DNA from: Amoebophrya sp. A120
Lineage: Eukaryota; Protista; Dinoflagellata
DNA: 64,000 bases
Assembly: GCA_905178155.1 (NCBI GenBank)
Contig: CAJINV010000015.1
Location: 1-64,000 of the forward strand
Reading direction: 5' to 3'
A program made the position numbers and the translations under genes. Of this stretch, positions 11,762 through 24,376 are shown piece after piece; within the stretch, counting starts at the first letter, position 1; each line of letters opens with the position of its first letter. The notes beneath the pieces are model-generated. The model was given only the letters and a program-made list of their open reading frames with translations. It was not told the DNA's origin and ran no database searches.

Positions 11762-14279
11762 CCTGCACCACGAGTGGGAGCGAGCGGAGCTTTATTGGCA
11801 CATGAGCTATAGAAGCAGCCGTATCAATTACTTACGAGTGGCCACAACGTACTATCATCATATTTTGACTCAAAGAAAAGTGCCACGACCCGCTGGCTTC
11901 CTCGGTGAGAAGTGCGCTGCGCGAGCAATCGTTCGTCTAAGTAAGCAGGGGCAGAGGGAAGCCGAAAAAACGAGTTGCGACCGCAGCTGTTCTTTCCACA
12001 TTGCAGTTGCAATGCTCCGGACACGTAAACCAGAAAACCACAATAGAAGCAGGAACACTGCAGATCAGAAATCAGAGACAAGAACTTTCGTACTGGCACC
12101 CACCGCAACAGGACGACCTCCTTGCGCGGATCTTACCGACGAAGGTGTCTGTTTGCCTTGCGAGTTGTATTTTTATCCATCATGTAAAAAAACTATGCTG
12201 CATTTTCGGAAAAATTACCAGTTTCAAGCCGAAGTTGAAGATTATGATTGTTTGAGACAGTCTCGTACTTGAGGCAATTTGCTCCTTGTGTTTTTTCGTG
12301 CTGCACGTATCACCAAGTAGTTTACTTCAATACTTGTCCTCTCATCCTCGTACCAAAGTGGGAGCGCGATAAATTTCTGTCCAATGGAGCAGCTTTGCTT
12401 GACGGATTCTAATTACACACGGCATCGCAGACTACAATCGTGTCTCGAAATACCGCATCCTCGTCCTCAATTATTCTTGAAATATTTCTAAGTACTGGCT
12501 TCATCCATGAATAAATATTCGTCTCAAAAATAGATCAAAATGCTGTTTGTAGTTTTTGTTGCGTACTTACCCCTGTAATTATTCAAACTAACTTGGTGAA
12601 GCGAGATACTCGTGCTCAGAAAAAGCAATTTTGTTCCGTCTGCGGGTAAAATAGAAAATGATGGCAAGTGTAAAGTGATCGTGTATACTAGAAGTGCAGC
12701 TGCAGGATTACAACAAAAGTCCGTACCCACAGCATTTCTTTTGTGGCACTCCGTTTGTGCAGTGACTCTGCGAAAAGCAAATAAAACATACGCTTGATCA
12801 TAGCGTTCGAAAAAACAAAATTGCATCTTGTTCTTGAATACTACTATTACTTGGTAAAGTACGGTAGCACAGAGAAAAGAAGGGAAACAGAGGAATTGGC
12901 TCGAGGGCGATTTTGCTTTTGACAGACAACAGAGAAATGTGCTGCAATGCAAGACTTTGTTTTTCGCAGCAACAATAGAACTAGCGTGGGCATGAAATTT
13001 CTTTCTACCCAACGCAATTCCTCGAAAACTAATTAGACCCAATTTCTTAGGCCTGAAAATAATGCGGATGCAAATTAGAGATGCCATGAAATATCGAGAC
13101 GACGATGGATTCCATGGTCACAGATGCTGATAATTTTGAAACCCACCGGCGAGAGGTATTTGCATGCCCCTCGACTTCAGGCGATGGTGCATTTAAATGA
13201 AGATAAATGTGTGCCACTCCATTCTCCAGAACGAAAAATGGTGAAAAAGTGAAACTCTGGATGTTGTAACGATTGCGTCTTTGCTTCGCCGCGGAGAAAG
13301 CAACTGGACACTCAATGTGTTCACGAATCTTGCGGCTTTCCCTGCTAGTGCAGCAAAAAGGATTTTCCTCCTGCTCCGCTGCCGAATCTAGAAAAGAATG
13401 CTCTGACGCCTGTTGACATCCGGAAACTTCCTGTGCAACAAATCCGTTTAGAATTAAAGTATGAAGAGTAGACATGACGTATACTGCAAACTGAAGCTTG
13501 CTATGCTCTTGCGAGAATTCTCATGCGTGAATATGGTCAGTGAAAAATGTGAGGATGGAAATATTGGTAAAGTCTAGTACTGGGAGAAATAAGTCTTTAT
13601 AAAATTTCCAGCACGCGCACGTGCCTTGAGAAAAATGATGCTTCGCTATCACGACTGACATTCGACAACTAGGACCGCATTTTGCGAAAACCAGAGATTT
13701 TTAGGGTGTTCATGGAACCTAGCGTGCATGCGCATCACACTTAGATTGCCGAAACACAAATGCAAAGATCTAGCACGACCTCAATTGAGAATAGCTCCAC
13801 CATCTGCTTTTGTCATTAGGTATCAAAAAAAGATCATGTAGAAACATTGCAAATTATTAATTGGATGCTTTGCAAAGCTAAACCGGAAAAACCATATCGC
13901 TGTAGATAAAGGATAATTAGTTAGTAGCTATTAATTAATTACTTGTTTGACAAACAAAATTTCCTTGACTGCTGTTGAACTTGAAATTGCGAAATGAGAA
14001 AATCTTTATGAAACAAACAAATAAAGGTTACTATCCTGAGCCACTTTCTCAGGACAAAAAAAGTCAAATATTGCATGTAGAACGTTGAAACTTTACCCCA
14101 ATAAGCAATTGTTGCACCAGATTCTTCGAATATTATTCATTGCTCACAAATGCACTATCAACATGATGCTACAAGACTCTCAGAAGCATGAATAGAAGCC
14201 GAAGTGCGCACAGATATTCATGGCTGCAGCGACGAGAGCTCCGAAACATGGACAGTTTGTATGAGCAGCATGAAAACAA

Positions 14280-17200
14280 CTATCTTGCAACTTCTTTCTT
14301 ACAAAGTATACTATTTTTACAAGTTTTCTTAACCTTGGTGGTCACTGGTCCGAAGAATGGTAGTTGTAGTACAAGTGCGGGTGCGTCTGCCGGGGGTTGC
14401 GCGTCGGGTCGATCTTTCGCCGGCTCATCGGCTCGGGGGTATCCAGGGGTAGAGAATCGTTTTGATTTAGCGCTACAACACACATCCCACTTCTTTTTGT
14501 CATGCCTGTAGGTCACTGCCACTCAAATCAGATGCTTCGCGTTCGCATGACAAAAAAGCATGCATGGTGAAACAGAAATAAGTGTTCTTGCGATAAAGCA
14601 AGAACGATCACCGGCATTCTTTTTGATAATCGCACTGTGACACATACTCCTCGTAGATGAATAACCGCGCCATGGCCTCCAAGCGACGGTGTTTCTGTAT
14701 TTTTCATTAAGGAGTATATTGATCGCGTTTTGTCATAAGTACTCATCTATCAATCTGCAAGCTTTTCTCGCTCACGAGATGTTTCTGTCGCTGTCCATTA
14801 CAGCACAGGAGAAATAACCGCAAGTAAAAAAAGTACGTTCCGCAGGTGCAGAATAGAAGCGTCCAAAGCGGCCTGGTACACGACAAAGTTGAAGCGCTTG
14901 TTAGAGTTATCAAATGCAAATATATCTGGGTCTGGAAGATCGCCATGTTTGTCATGCATATTTTGCGTGGCCCATGATGTGTGTAATGCATGCCATAGCG
15001 TCACAGATTTTTAGGGGGCTTCCTAATGCCTATTCCGCATGAGAAATGCCGTCCACGAGTGGCACAAACTGGGCGCCTCTTGGTTGTCATGCAATACAGA
15101 TTTTTTTGGAATCCAAAAACAGCATCACAAGCTGCAACCCTCCAGACACAGACAAATTTGCAGTTGATAAGAATCGTGCTTCGGCAACATCTTGTACTGT
15201 TTCAGGTACTCCACGCACTGTCCCACATCCTGCGCTACACCATGTGCCTTGATCATCGCGGCGGTAGCATGGCTGGATAGTTTTGTGTACATTTATTTTT
15301 TGCAAAGTCCTAAATTTTGTTTGGGAAAGAGACTGCTACTTTCCTCACTATCAAGACAAATTCGACGTCACAACAGAAAAATCCCATACAATGTAGTCGT
15401 CGTTTTTTCATCCCAAGTACAACTGCCGAGAATTATGCAGCAAACAAGCCAGTACGAGTTCCGCGCCGGCAAGCGCTTGTAGATGTCCAGCATGGCCCCC
15501 ACGTACTTGGCCGGTTCATGGCACTTTTCGAAGCTGCGAATGATGAGGGTGAACAGTTTGGTTTTGATCTCCACCTGCATCTGGCGCAACCACTTCAGAA
15601 AATGCCACACCAGGTTGAAGGCCTCGAACGGGCGGTCGGTTTCCAGGGGCTTCATCAACTGCACAATCACGTCGTTCAGCAGCTTCTCGTCGATCCCGTA
15701 GGAGTTAATCCGCTTCGAGTAGTGCTTGATGATGTAGTCGAAGGTTTTGGGGTAGTCAATGAAATCCTGCTTCGTGTCGTAATAATAATCCTCGAACCTG
15801 ATACGATTTGTTTCATTTGTCGCAAAGAAATGATTTATTATTGTCCATGACAAAAAATGTCACCTCCCGTCAGGGTCGCAACGCTTCAGTACACTCCGAT
15901 CTATCAGACGTGAGGAGGGCAGTCGAGAGCATCCTATAAAACAGAAAAAGTACTGCTTCCGAGGCTTGGTCGGATCGATGAACATGTGCGGCTCGGCTGG
16001 TACACCCGGACCCGGGTCGTTCTGGTAGTTGCGCCGCTTCACCTCGTACCACTTTTCCTGCACCAATTGCTGCGCACTGGCACCACGATCTTGGGCAGCC
16101 AGCTGCTGCTCCATGCGCTGCGTCGGAGAACCGTTCCCGTTGGGTAACTTGCTGCCACCCTGCTGCTGCTGCATAGTCATGCTATCCTTGCTGGCGTAAT
16201 TATTGTTGTTCGTCGACGATGGCATGTGCATTTGCGAGCTGAGATGCTGATGCTGTCCCGCATTGTTCAACATCCCGATCGCCATTGCGGAAGCGCTCTG
16301 CGGGGCCGCAGACGGTCCTCCGCTTAACATTCCGCTCGCGGTGGCCGTCGAGCGATTGTTCGAGTTCGGCCCGCCCAAATGAATACTTTGTTGCTTTTCC
16401 AACCCGGCGGAGGTGCTCGTCGATCCATAGCCGTTCGCGTGCTGACCGTGCAACATGTTGTGGGAGTTGTGCTGGTGATAGTGGTTCGCGTTGTAGTTTG
16501 CCAAACCAGATTTGGTCAAGCCCATCGTGCCGATGGAACCAGAAGTGGTGTTGTGCAAATTTCCGTAGTTCATCGTGCCAGCAGTAGTCGCGTTGTTGGT
16601 CAGCCCCACAGATCCATGGAAAGGATTGCCGCTCATGCTGCTGTCATTGTTTCCGTTCATCGTTGTACCTGTTGCACCTGGCAGCTGGCTCGCCATAAAC
16701 TGCTGGTGTTGATGGAGATGATCCGTAGCTGCGGAAGCTGGTTCTTGGTGGGAAGTGGAAGCCAGATGTTGTTGAGCCAATGTCGCTTGTTTCGGCTGCT
16801 GCGCGGAAGACATGTTACTTCCGGGGGCACCTGGGGCCGCTTGAGCGCCAACTCCGTACATCCCTGCCGGAGCAGTGCCAAAAGCAGCACCGGCCGGGTT
16901 GAAGGCCGTCGGGGGCACCACACCCGCGGCATTCAAGAACGGAAACGAGGTGGCAGGAGCGCTCGCTGGGTGGAGCCTGAAAGTCGGATGATTCTTCCCA
17001 TTGCTCCGTGAAGGAGTTTTCAAATTTTTTTTGCAATATATGCATGACAAGATCGATTTTTTAGAATGGTACTCATTGTAGAGTAAAAACCTAAACCAAC
17101 AGCAAGAAATACAATCCCATTCCCAATCCCGGCGGCGGAACCTGAAACGGGTCGCAGTACGGAGCAAAGTAGTACAGTGGCGGATGGTACAAAGCGGCCA

Positions 17201-20200
17201 GGTCCATCGGGGCTTGATTAAACATTCCGGTCGTGTCTGGAGAGCCGAAAAGTCGTTTTTCACGAATTACGAATTTGGATAACAAAGAGAACGTAGGACT
17301 GGGCTCACAGAGAACCAATCCTCATCTTCCGATCTAAATCTATCGATGCACGAAACTAGCGCATGACAAATTTCAAACGACAAACCTTTACCAAAATGAG
17401 TTGAAGAGTTATTACCTTGTCCCGCCATACTGTTCCCCGCGACAGCAGCACGTTGCTGATGACCACCAGCTTGCGGGAAATTATTGCTCAAGCCCGCAAT
17501 TTCCACGTTCCTCTCTTCCGGATATGCATTGCAAATATGTCTGGGTCTGTAAGGTTGGAACTTGTGATGCTAACTTTGGACTCCTAAAAAAATCTGTATT
17601 GCATGGCCAGCAAGACGAGACGCCCAGTTTGTGCTACGCAGGGAGGGCATTTGTCATGCGGGATAGGCATCAGGAAGGCCTCTAAAAATATGTGATGCTA
17701 GATCACGCATTACAGACAATCCTGGGTCATGCAAAATATGCATGACAAACCTTGTAACCTTCCAGACCCAGACATTTTTGCATTTGATACCGGACTCGCA
17801 GTGACGAATTCCTTCTCCAGTTGCTGGTTTAGTAGCAGGTTTTTCTCCATGTTCTCCAGGTCCGGACTGGCCAGCGACACCGTTTCCTCGTTGATCGAGG
17901 TGCGCCGATAATTCATCTCCACATCCTGCTCTGCGCAAGAGATCTGGTCCGACAACCGCTTCTTCTTGAAACCGCCCGGCGGCGGGGGCGGCGGCGGACG
18001 GTTCGGTGGGGCGTGCGGCGCCGGGTAGTCGAACTCCAACAGCGTCTTGGCATGTTCCTTGTCGATATGGTACGAAAAAAGTGTTCGAGTTTTTACACAC
18101 TTGTTGTAACTTTAGCAACACAAAGTGGCTTGGTATCATGACGGAGAAAACCTGTAATGCAGAGATCATAAGGAAAAACACGCATACTAAACCGAGTTTT
18201 CTGAGGTGGATACTTACTTATCCGGCATGACAGAACTTGTCTCTCTTACTTCTTGTCTCGTAACACAATGTGTGATTGTAGCACTTTTTTCTTTTGGTAG
18301 TCGAAGGCAGCAAAGTACTGGTCCGCGTTCGGCATCTATCCAACAAAAAAACAACTTTAGGTGTAACTTTGTGATGCGCAACATGCGGGACATGCATGGC
18401 AGGGCCCATTCAAGTGCATTTTCACGTACTATCTGTGCGTGACAGGTTTTTGTTGCCATGCCAGACAGATTTGTAATGCTGTTTCTGCAAAAAAGTTACA
18501 CCTACAACGTTCTTTTGTTGAATAGCATCTGCATCGAGGGATCTCCACCCACTTATCCCAAAGAAAAAAGCTAGCGCATGATACTCATTTGCAATGCAAA
18601 AATCAAGACACAGGAAAATCTGTATTGCGTATCTTAAACGGCGTGCTATGCGCGATCCCCTTGAGAAATCTTTCTGTGAATAATTGATTCTATGCATTAC
18701 AAATGTGGCACCCGAGCTTTTTTCTCTTCGATACCGCTCCCAGATTGAACAACTGCTCCGAGGTATCGCAAGAAAAAACCATCTGTCTCAAACCTTTGCA
18801 GACTCAGCATGAAACGGAAAACCTGCGATGCGTCAGACACCAGGGAAAACACATAGGAAAGACGACCTTCTTGCATGTTCAGCATGACAAAAAATCTTCT
18901 CAAGGAAGTTGTGCATCACAATTTTAGACTGAGACAGTTTTTTCTCACGATACGACGACGTCAAATTCGCGGTGTCGAACACGCTTTGTTGATGCTCGCC
19001 CAGCAGTACCTGCAATGGCTCCATGTTCGATTCCGCGATCTTGATCGCCTCGTCGGCAGTTTGGGCTTTCTTCAGCAAATCCTTGCACTTCTGCAAAATT
19101 TCCTTCCCGGCCGGGGTCGTGTCCTTGGTGTGTTCCAGCTGTTTCGCCATGGACTGGATTTCGTCCGCGATCATCTTCATCGAGGAGTCATGCTGCGGAG
19201 CGGAGCCGCCGGTTGTCGGGGCGGGCAGTGCTTCTGGTATGAGGAGGGAAAATGGAAACGATCAAGGGGACTAGGTCGACAAAGCAAAAACGTTTATCAG
19301 AAATGCTAATCCTGATGCTGGCCTCATCAAAACACCAAAGGCGCGTTTAAATGGATTTGGAAGGAGCATCATGGTTGAGCATGACAAACAACCGCTTTGC
19401 CCGTTCCCTAGCCGAATGAACGCAAATCTTCACGAATGCGACTCCATATTCTGACTTCCGTCAGCACGGGAGGAAGGTTTCTGCGGATTCGCAGTCTGCG
19501 CGCCCGCGTTCGTCGGAACAGTCGGCATAGTGCCCATCGGTACCTGGTTCACGGGCACGCCCATCTGCGCGGGGTGAAACCCAAACGGCATACCGGGCAT
19601 CGCCATCGGCATCTGCATCGCGGCAAAGTCCGCACCGAACCCCATCGCGGAGGGACCGTAGGCCAGGTTGCCTCCTCCGGCCATCATCGGGAAGTTCCCG
19701 ATCTGCAGCAGCTCGGAAGCGCCGATTGGCTGGAAAAAACCGGTGGGTCCGTAAAATGGGTCCATAAACGCGGCCGGAGCGGCACCGGGTTGCTGAAACG
19801 GAGCTGATAAGGATTTTGATATTAGCGAATAGCGATGTAATTGTGGTATCAGAGATAATTGTCTGGTAGAATTACTGGTAAATGCAATAAGGTGCTAAGT
19901 ACAAGGAATTCGGGAGCAAAAAAACGACGTCAATCCATACTGCAGAATACCTCCCGTACCCGGATTCATGACGCCTGCGCCTGCCTGCGTCACCACGCCT
20001 TCCGGCTGCTGCAGAAACCCTTGCATCTGCGCCGCAAAAAACGCCGGACTGGGGGTCTGCACCGCGAACGGGGTGGTCATGTCGCCCTCCTGGAGCGCCG
20101 CAAAAGTGGTACTCCCGGTGATGCCGAATGGGTTGTATCGAAAGGAAAAACGTCCCCACCCCCTAGTCAAGTTGGGAATCTAGCAACACAAGTCTCCAAG

Positions 20201-21356
20201 TTTTGGGAGCTGTGCACGACAAATTTCCCTCTGCAGTGTAATGCTGGTTGGCAAGTGACGCCGCATGAGAAAGCCATTTTCTCATGCTCTTTACAGCATT
20301 ACAAATTCCAAAACACGACTGGAAATGCCTCTCATCATGGAGCTGCGCATTACAAATGTTCCTGTCATTGCGCATTTGCATGACAACTCTGGGGTGGGGA
20401 CGTTTTTACATAGGATAGGTTGGGCAACGTGATCATCTGGTTGTTCGGATTGTTATTTCCGTGGTCCCCCTCTCCTTTCTCGTGCTTCCCACCCACCTGC
20501 TGTTCGTCATGGATCAGCAGCTTCTGCGAGTAGTCAGCGTCGTCGTCAAACAGTTTCTCCTCTGTCATGCGCTTGGCGGTCTTCGCATCGGTGATCGGCA
20601 GGGCCGAGTGCTTGTTCACTTTCTGATGCTGGTTCTTGCTATTCTGCGACGCAGCTCCATTTGCCGTGGAGGGTTTGTTATTCATCATTCCGTTGGAGGT
20701 CGTGTTAGAGCTGTTCCCGTGCGCCAGAAACCCCTTGCGGTTGCCGTGGTTCCGTTCGCCAGCCGTGCCCGCAGTCGACGCGTGCCGATGTTGGCCATTC
20801 TTCCCCGATGTCTTTCCGTTTTTCAGCGTCGCCGCTTGGTGATCACCGTTTGCAGTCGTTTTCGAGGAGCCGTTCTTGTGGTTTTGGTTGTTATTCATCT
20901 TCTGCGCTGTTGTGCCGTTCGTGTTCAACGCCGGGCTCCGCTCGGCACCGCCCTTCCCACCGGCAACACTACCCTTCTTGCCACCAGCGACGGTGGTTGG
21001 GTGCAGGTTCGAAGTACCAGTTGCCGATTTGTTCCAGTTTGCTTTCTTTTTCTGCTCGTTTTCCGTGGACAGAAGCAGCAAGTGCCATCCAGACGGATCC
21101 GTTTCGCCGGCGGAACTTATCGTAGGAAAAAAGCGTTTTACTGTAAGGATTTTGCAATTTTTGTATTACGCACAAATTTGTTCATCTCTTTCATGACAAG
21201 GAAAACTTGTCATGCATGCTTAATAGGGGACAACACATTTAAAAGCCAAATGCTTTGCATGCGTAGCAAGACGAATGCGTCTGCGTTCCATTCTATGCAT
21301 CACAAGCTTACAGTAAAACAGCTTTTTCTTGCGATAGAAGTTTGCATTTGTTTCAT
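14280..21356 (-). CDS. Large multi-exon protein: low-complexity N/Q/G/P-rich N-terminal part and C-terminal PPR-like helical repeats; both ends uncertain
   Basis: Exons join in frame across 9 introners and several GT-AG introns (15798-15953, 19804-19950). PPR-like segments LFTLIIRSFEKCHE, ATAAMIKAHGVAQDVGQCVEYL and VVYQAALDASI. Two junctions near 17.0-17.4 kb were not resolved. Confidence 0.65.
14908..15169. mobile_element. Introner family A (262 bp)
   Basis: TIR TATCAAATGCAAATATATCTGGGTCTGGAAG; flanks AGAGT/AGAAT; frame restored (KHDS-NKRF). Confidence 0.9.
17523..17789. mobile_element. Introner family A, reverse orientation
   Basis: ~30-bp TIR; perfect TSD CCGGA; frame restored (TASP-EERNV). 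Confidence 0.92.
18066..18299. mobile_element. Introner family B-like
   Basis: TATGGTACGAAAAAAGTG...CACTTTTTTCTTTTGGTA; perfect TSD GTCGA. Confidence 0.88.
18337..18524. mobile_element. Introner family C
   Basis: TATCCAACAAAA..TAGGTGTAACTTT / AAAGTTACACCTA..TTTTGTTGAATA; perfect TSD GCATC. Confidence 0.9.
18554..18733. mobile_element. Introner (B-like ends)
   Basis: TATCCCAAAGAAAAAAGCT...AGCTTTTTTCTCTTCGATA; flanks CCACT/CCGCT. Confidence 0.85.
18764..18952. mobile_element. Introner family B-like
   Basis: TATCGCAAGAAAAAAC...GTTTTTTCTCACGATA; flanks CGAGG/CGACG. Confidence 0.87.
19238..19448. mobile_element. Degenerate introner
   Basis: TATGAG...CCATA; removing element plus 5 nt restores the frame (GSQ-K-ALPAP). 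Confidence 0.6.
20136..20417. mobile_element. Introner family E
   Basis: TIR core AAAAACGTCCCCACCCC; perfect TSD GGTTG; homologous to 33804-34082. Confidence 0.92.
21118..21336. mobile_element. Introner family B
   Basis: TIR TATCGTAGGAAAAAAGCGTTTTACTGTAAG; flanks GAACT/GAAGT; frame restored. Confidence 0.9.
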
Positions 21357-24300
21357 GTCCGCGACTTGGATGTCCTTGGTTTCTCGAGTGTGGAGGGAAA
21401 AAAGTAGACTTTGTGTTGCTATAGTGGTCGCTAAACAATAGACTACTAGTCTTCACGCATCACAACTTCACTACGGTATCCTCATCATGCCTGGTACAGC
21501 AACACAAAATCAACAGTGACGGTGCGTTCAATTCCCTAGTGCATGATGTCGTGGGCCTCCAAATCGTCCTCGTCAGTGTCGTGGTTTCCGGTAGAAGACG
21601 TGTCGGAGTTTCCGTCCTGATTTGTCGTGTTTTAAGTTCATCTACAAGTTCTACAACTTCATCATATGTGTGCATTACAAACAAGCACGGTCGTCGTTTA
21701 AAGGCACATGCAAAGTCACACAAAACAAACAAAACCTCACTTTTTCATACTCCCTTTATACCTGGCTACGAGTCATCAGGCGATCGCGGTGACGGCCGAA
21801 CGCTTCTCCAGACGAACGTTTGCGCAGATTCACGATCGGGTTGGCGTTCACGGACTCCGGGTATGGGCTTGCAAAATGAGAGGGGCCGAATTTACCAAAA
21901 GAAGGACAACTTATTGCTGGCGTAGTACATAGAGAAGGGGAAGAACTTGAGCTACCGTCTGACAAGCGCTGTAGAGCTTGGACAATCTAGATGCCATAAG
22001 GCGTTTAGTTCTTTCATGCAATGATCCTTTGATCTTAAAAAAGTTATCAATGACGGCGGCTGTGTTCACCACAGCATGTAACGCTCGGAGAAATTCGGAA
22101 GGAAGAAACATCATTTTTCTGGTTGATACCAAATTCGGAAGGCTAATCGTCGCGCCAGGTTTTTCGTCAGCGTGGAACCACATTTCTTCTTCCTCGGCGT
22201 ATCCGGACGAAATCTTGTGTCGGGTCAAAATTGAAATGCCATTCTGTCATCTATTTCGATGTCAACATGCAGACGATGGTACTCACTTCTTCCGCATAAA
22301 AAGTGGGCTATACATTCCGTCCTTCTGCACAGCAGGCACAGCACAAGCAACACACTCAATTTCAACATGTAGACACAAAATTTTTCCAAGGTTACGGTTT
22401 CCAGATCCAAGCCCGGCGGCGGTCCTTTGGGGCCGGTTTTCGTTGTGAATTTCCACGGCAAAGTATGGAGGAAAAACAAGCAATGCTGGAAATTGGCAAG
22501 GTCTATCTCAGTTCGGCAAATCATTCTTGTTTTACGCTTTGAGGGTACTATGCAGCAAATATCCTTCGCTATATCATCATGCAATAGGAACGAATTTCTC
22601 GCCTCTATTTCCCCGAATTCTAATTTTTCCTGTCGTACATCGATTTCGAAGCCTGCACTCCATCCTCCGTCAAAACGTCATCGTGGTCCTATTTTGAAAA
22701 TGAATTTGTCATGCTTTTCTTCAATCAAAAATATGCATATGTTTTTGAACTCGCATCTTGAGTTGTCATGCTGTAGGCATCAAAACACTAGAACGTCTTC
22801 TTACCTCCAACAACGTATTCCCCGCCCCGCAATACACCTTCGTCAAACCCGGATCCATCCCAGCCTTGTTGCGTGCAGCAGAAAAGGCCTCTCTTTGCTG
22901 CATCGCCACACGGTCGCGTTGGCTCGCCCGACCCGTCGCCACTGGTGATTATTCCTTTTTGCTGGGGATAGTTTCTAGCTTCCAACCTTTTTGAAAGGTC
23001 GTACTGCCACTTTAAAAGTGCAAACGCGACGACTTGATCCTTTCGTTCTACTGCAATCGAATTTGTGGAGAGGAAAAACTAGTGTGGCTGTGTCCCACAA
23101 TCTTTGGAAAACTGCCGAGCTTGTATTACTGGAAACAAATTATATTGGAGCAAACTTCCTGCTGCCCTTTTGTATCCCGTGAGCTTGAAACCTTGAAGAA
23201 GTAAATCGTCGAGTCGGCCTAGGACGACTCCATCAAAAATTATAGACATCAAGCTCCACCAGGGCTTCGAGAACCAATTCCATGCAAATTTTTCCTCAGT
23301 TTTCCAAAGGTCGGGCTAGGGACTACTACAGAATTGTGCGTGGATACTTATTTAAAACGAAGTTGAAAAGTAGCCGAAGTAGTCAGTACACTAATCCCAC
23401 TGCTTGTGCAGCTAGAAGGATATGCTCCGAACTACTCCTACTGCTACGAATTTTTGTTCATTTGATTCCTTTTGGAGATCACTCTCCTGTGCTGATTGAA
23501 AAATAATGTTTGCATGTAGCACTGTAATAGGTCACGGTTCAGAAATGGTCTTTTTTTCGCGCGTTCTTTTTTGTCGCACTACTTCATAGTACATAATTGT
23601 CAAAGCAATTTTGCGTCTCTGGCGCCATACTCACATCAGATACGGAAAAGAAAGAGTTTGCAAGAAATGTCGCTTCGCTCGAAGAACAATGTGCGCACAA
23701 AGATGGAATGGCAGGACTATGGGAGGAACACAAAAAAGCGTCCTCAGGTGGAATGAGTCGGCACTACTCCTGCGGCGGGACACGCGCAGGCAGTTGGTGT
23801 TAGAATTCTTTTTGAGAGCGACTCTCTAGCCTCTTTCGACCAACCGAATACATATCTTCCGCCGGCAAAAAGTGTTTCTTTTTCTGTGATACTTAGAATT
23901 TGCTTGTTCTACAACTGACGCGGCTACGCTAACAATTTCGCTACATTCATAACTGATTTTGCAGTTTTTACAATCTCCGGAGGATAAAACGCAGGCTAAT
24001 GTAAAGCTAGGAAGCGCCTCCACCAGAAGTCCCGGGTTTCGGGGGTACAGGACAATTTGTGTGTGAGATAAACTTGCAGTTTGCGACTTGCATTAACTTT
24101 TCGTGTAAGTGTGATTGAGCTTGTTGTAATCAAATATCGCTTCCGTAGTTCTAAGCTGCTACTCATTAATACTTATTTCCATTACGTGTTGGGGTGATAC
24201 ACAGCGAACGCTGTTTCCTCGTACGTCGGAGTCACGGTAAGATGAAGCGTCACCACTCTAATATCCGACGTTTTTTTTTTTTGAAAAAAATATTCACAGC

Positions 24301-24376
24301 AAAATTTTTTCGTTTTTCGCGGAAAGGAAGGCGAACTGCTGCCCGGTGGGACGAGTGGCAGAGAACACCAAGCCAG

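Noticed and set aside
14908-15174. Ciliate-type IES (DNA-level elimination with pointer repeats)
   Set aside because: Formally gives the same product and cannot be excluded from sequence alone. Not favoured, because excision length persists when the repeats decay and the elements coexist with and grade into GT-AG introns. Genomic reads lacking the elements would reopen it.
21460-23000. Possible multi-exon gene on the minus strand
   Set aside because: Has a plausible donor and an intron motif, but I could not build a consistent frame or recognise a domain.
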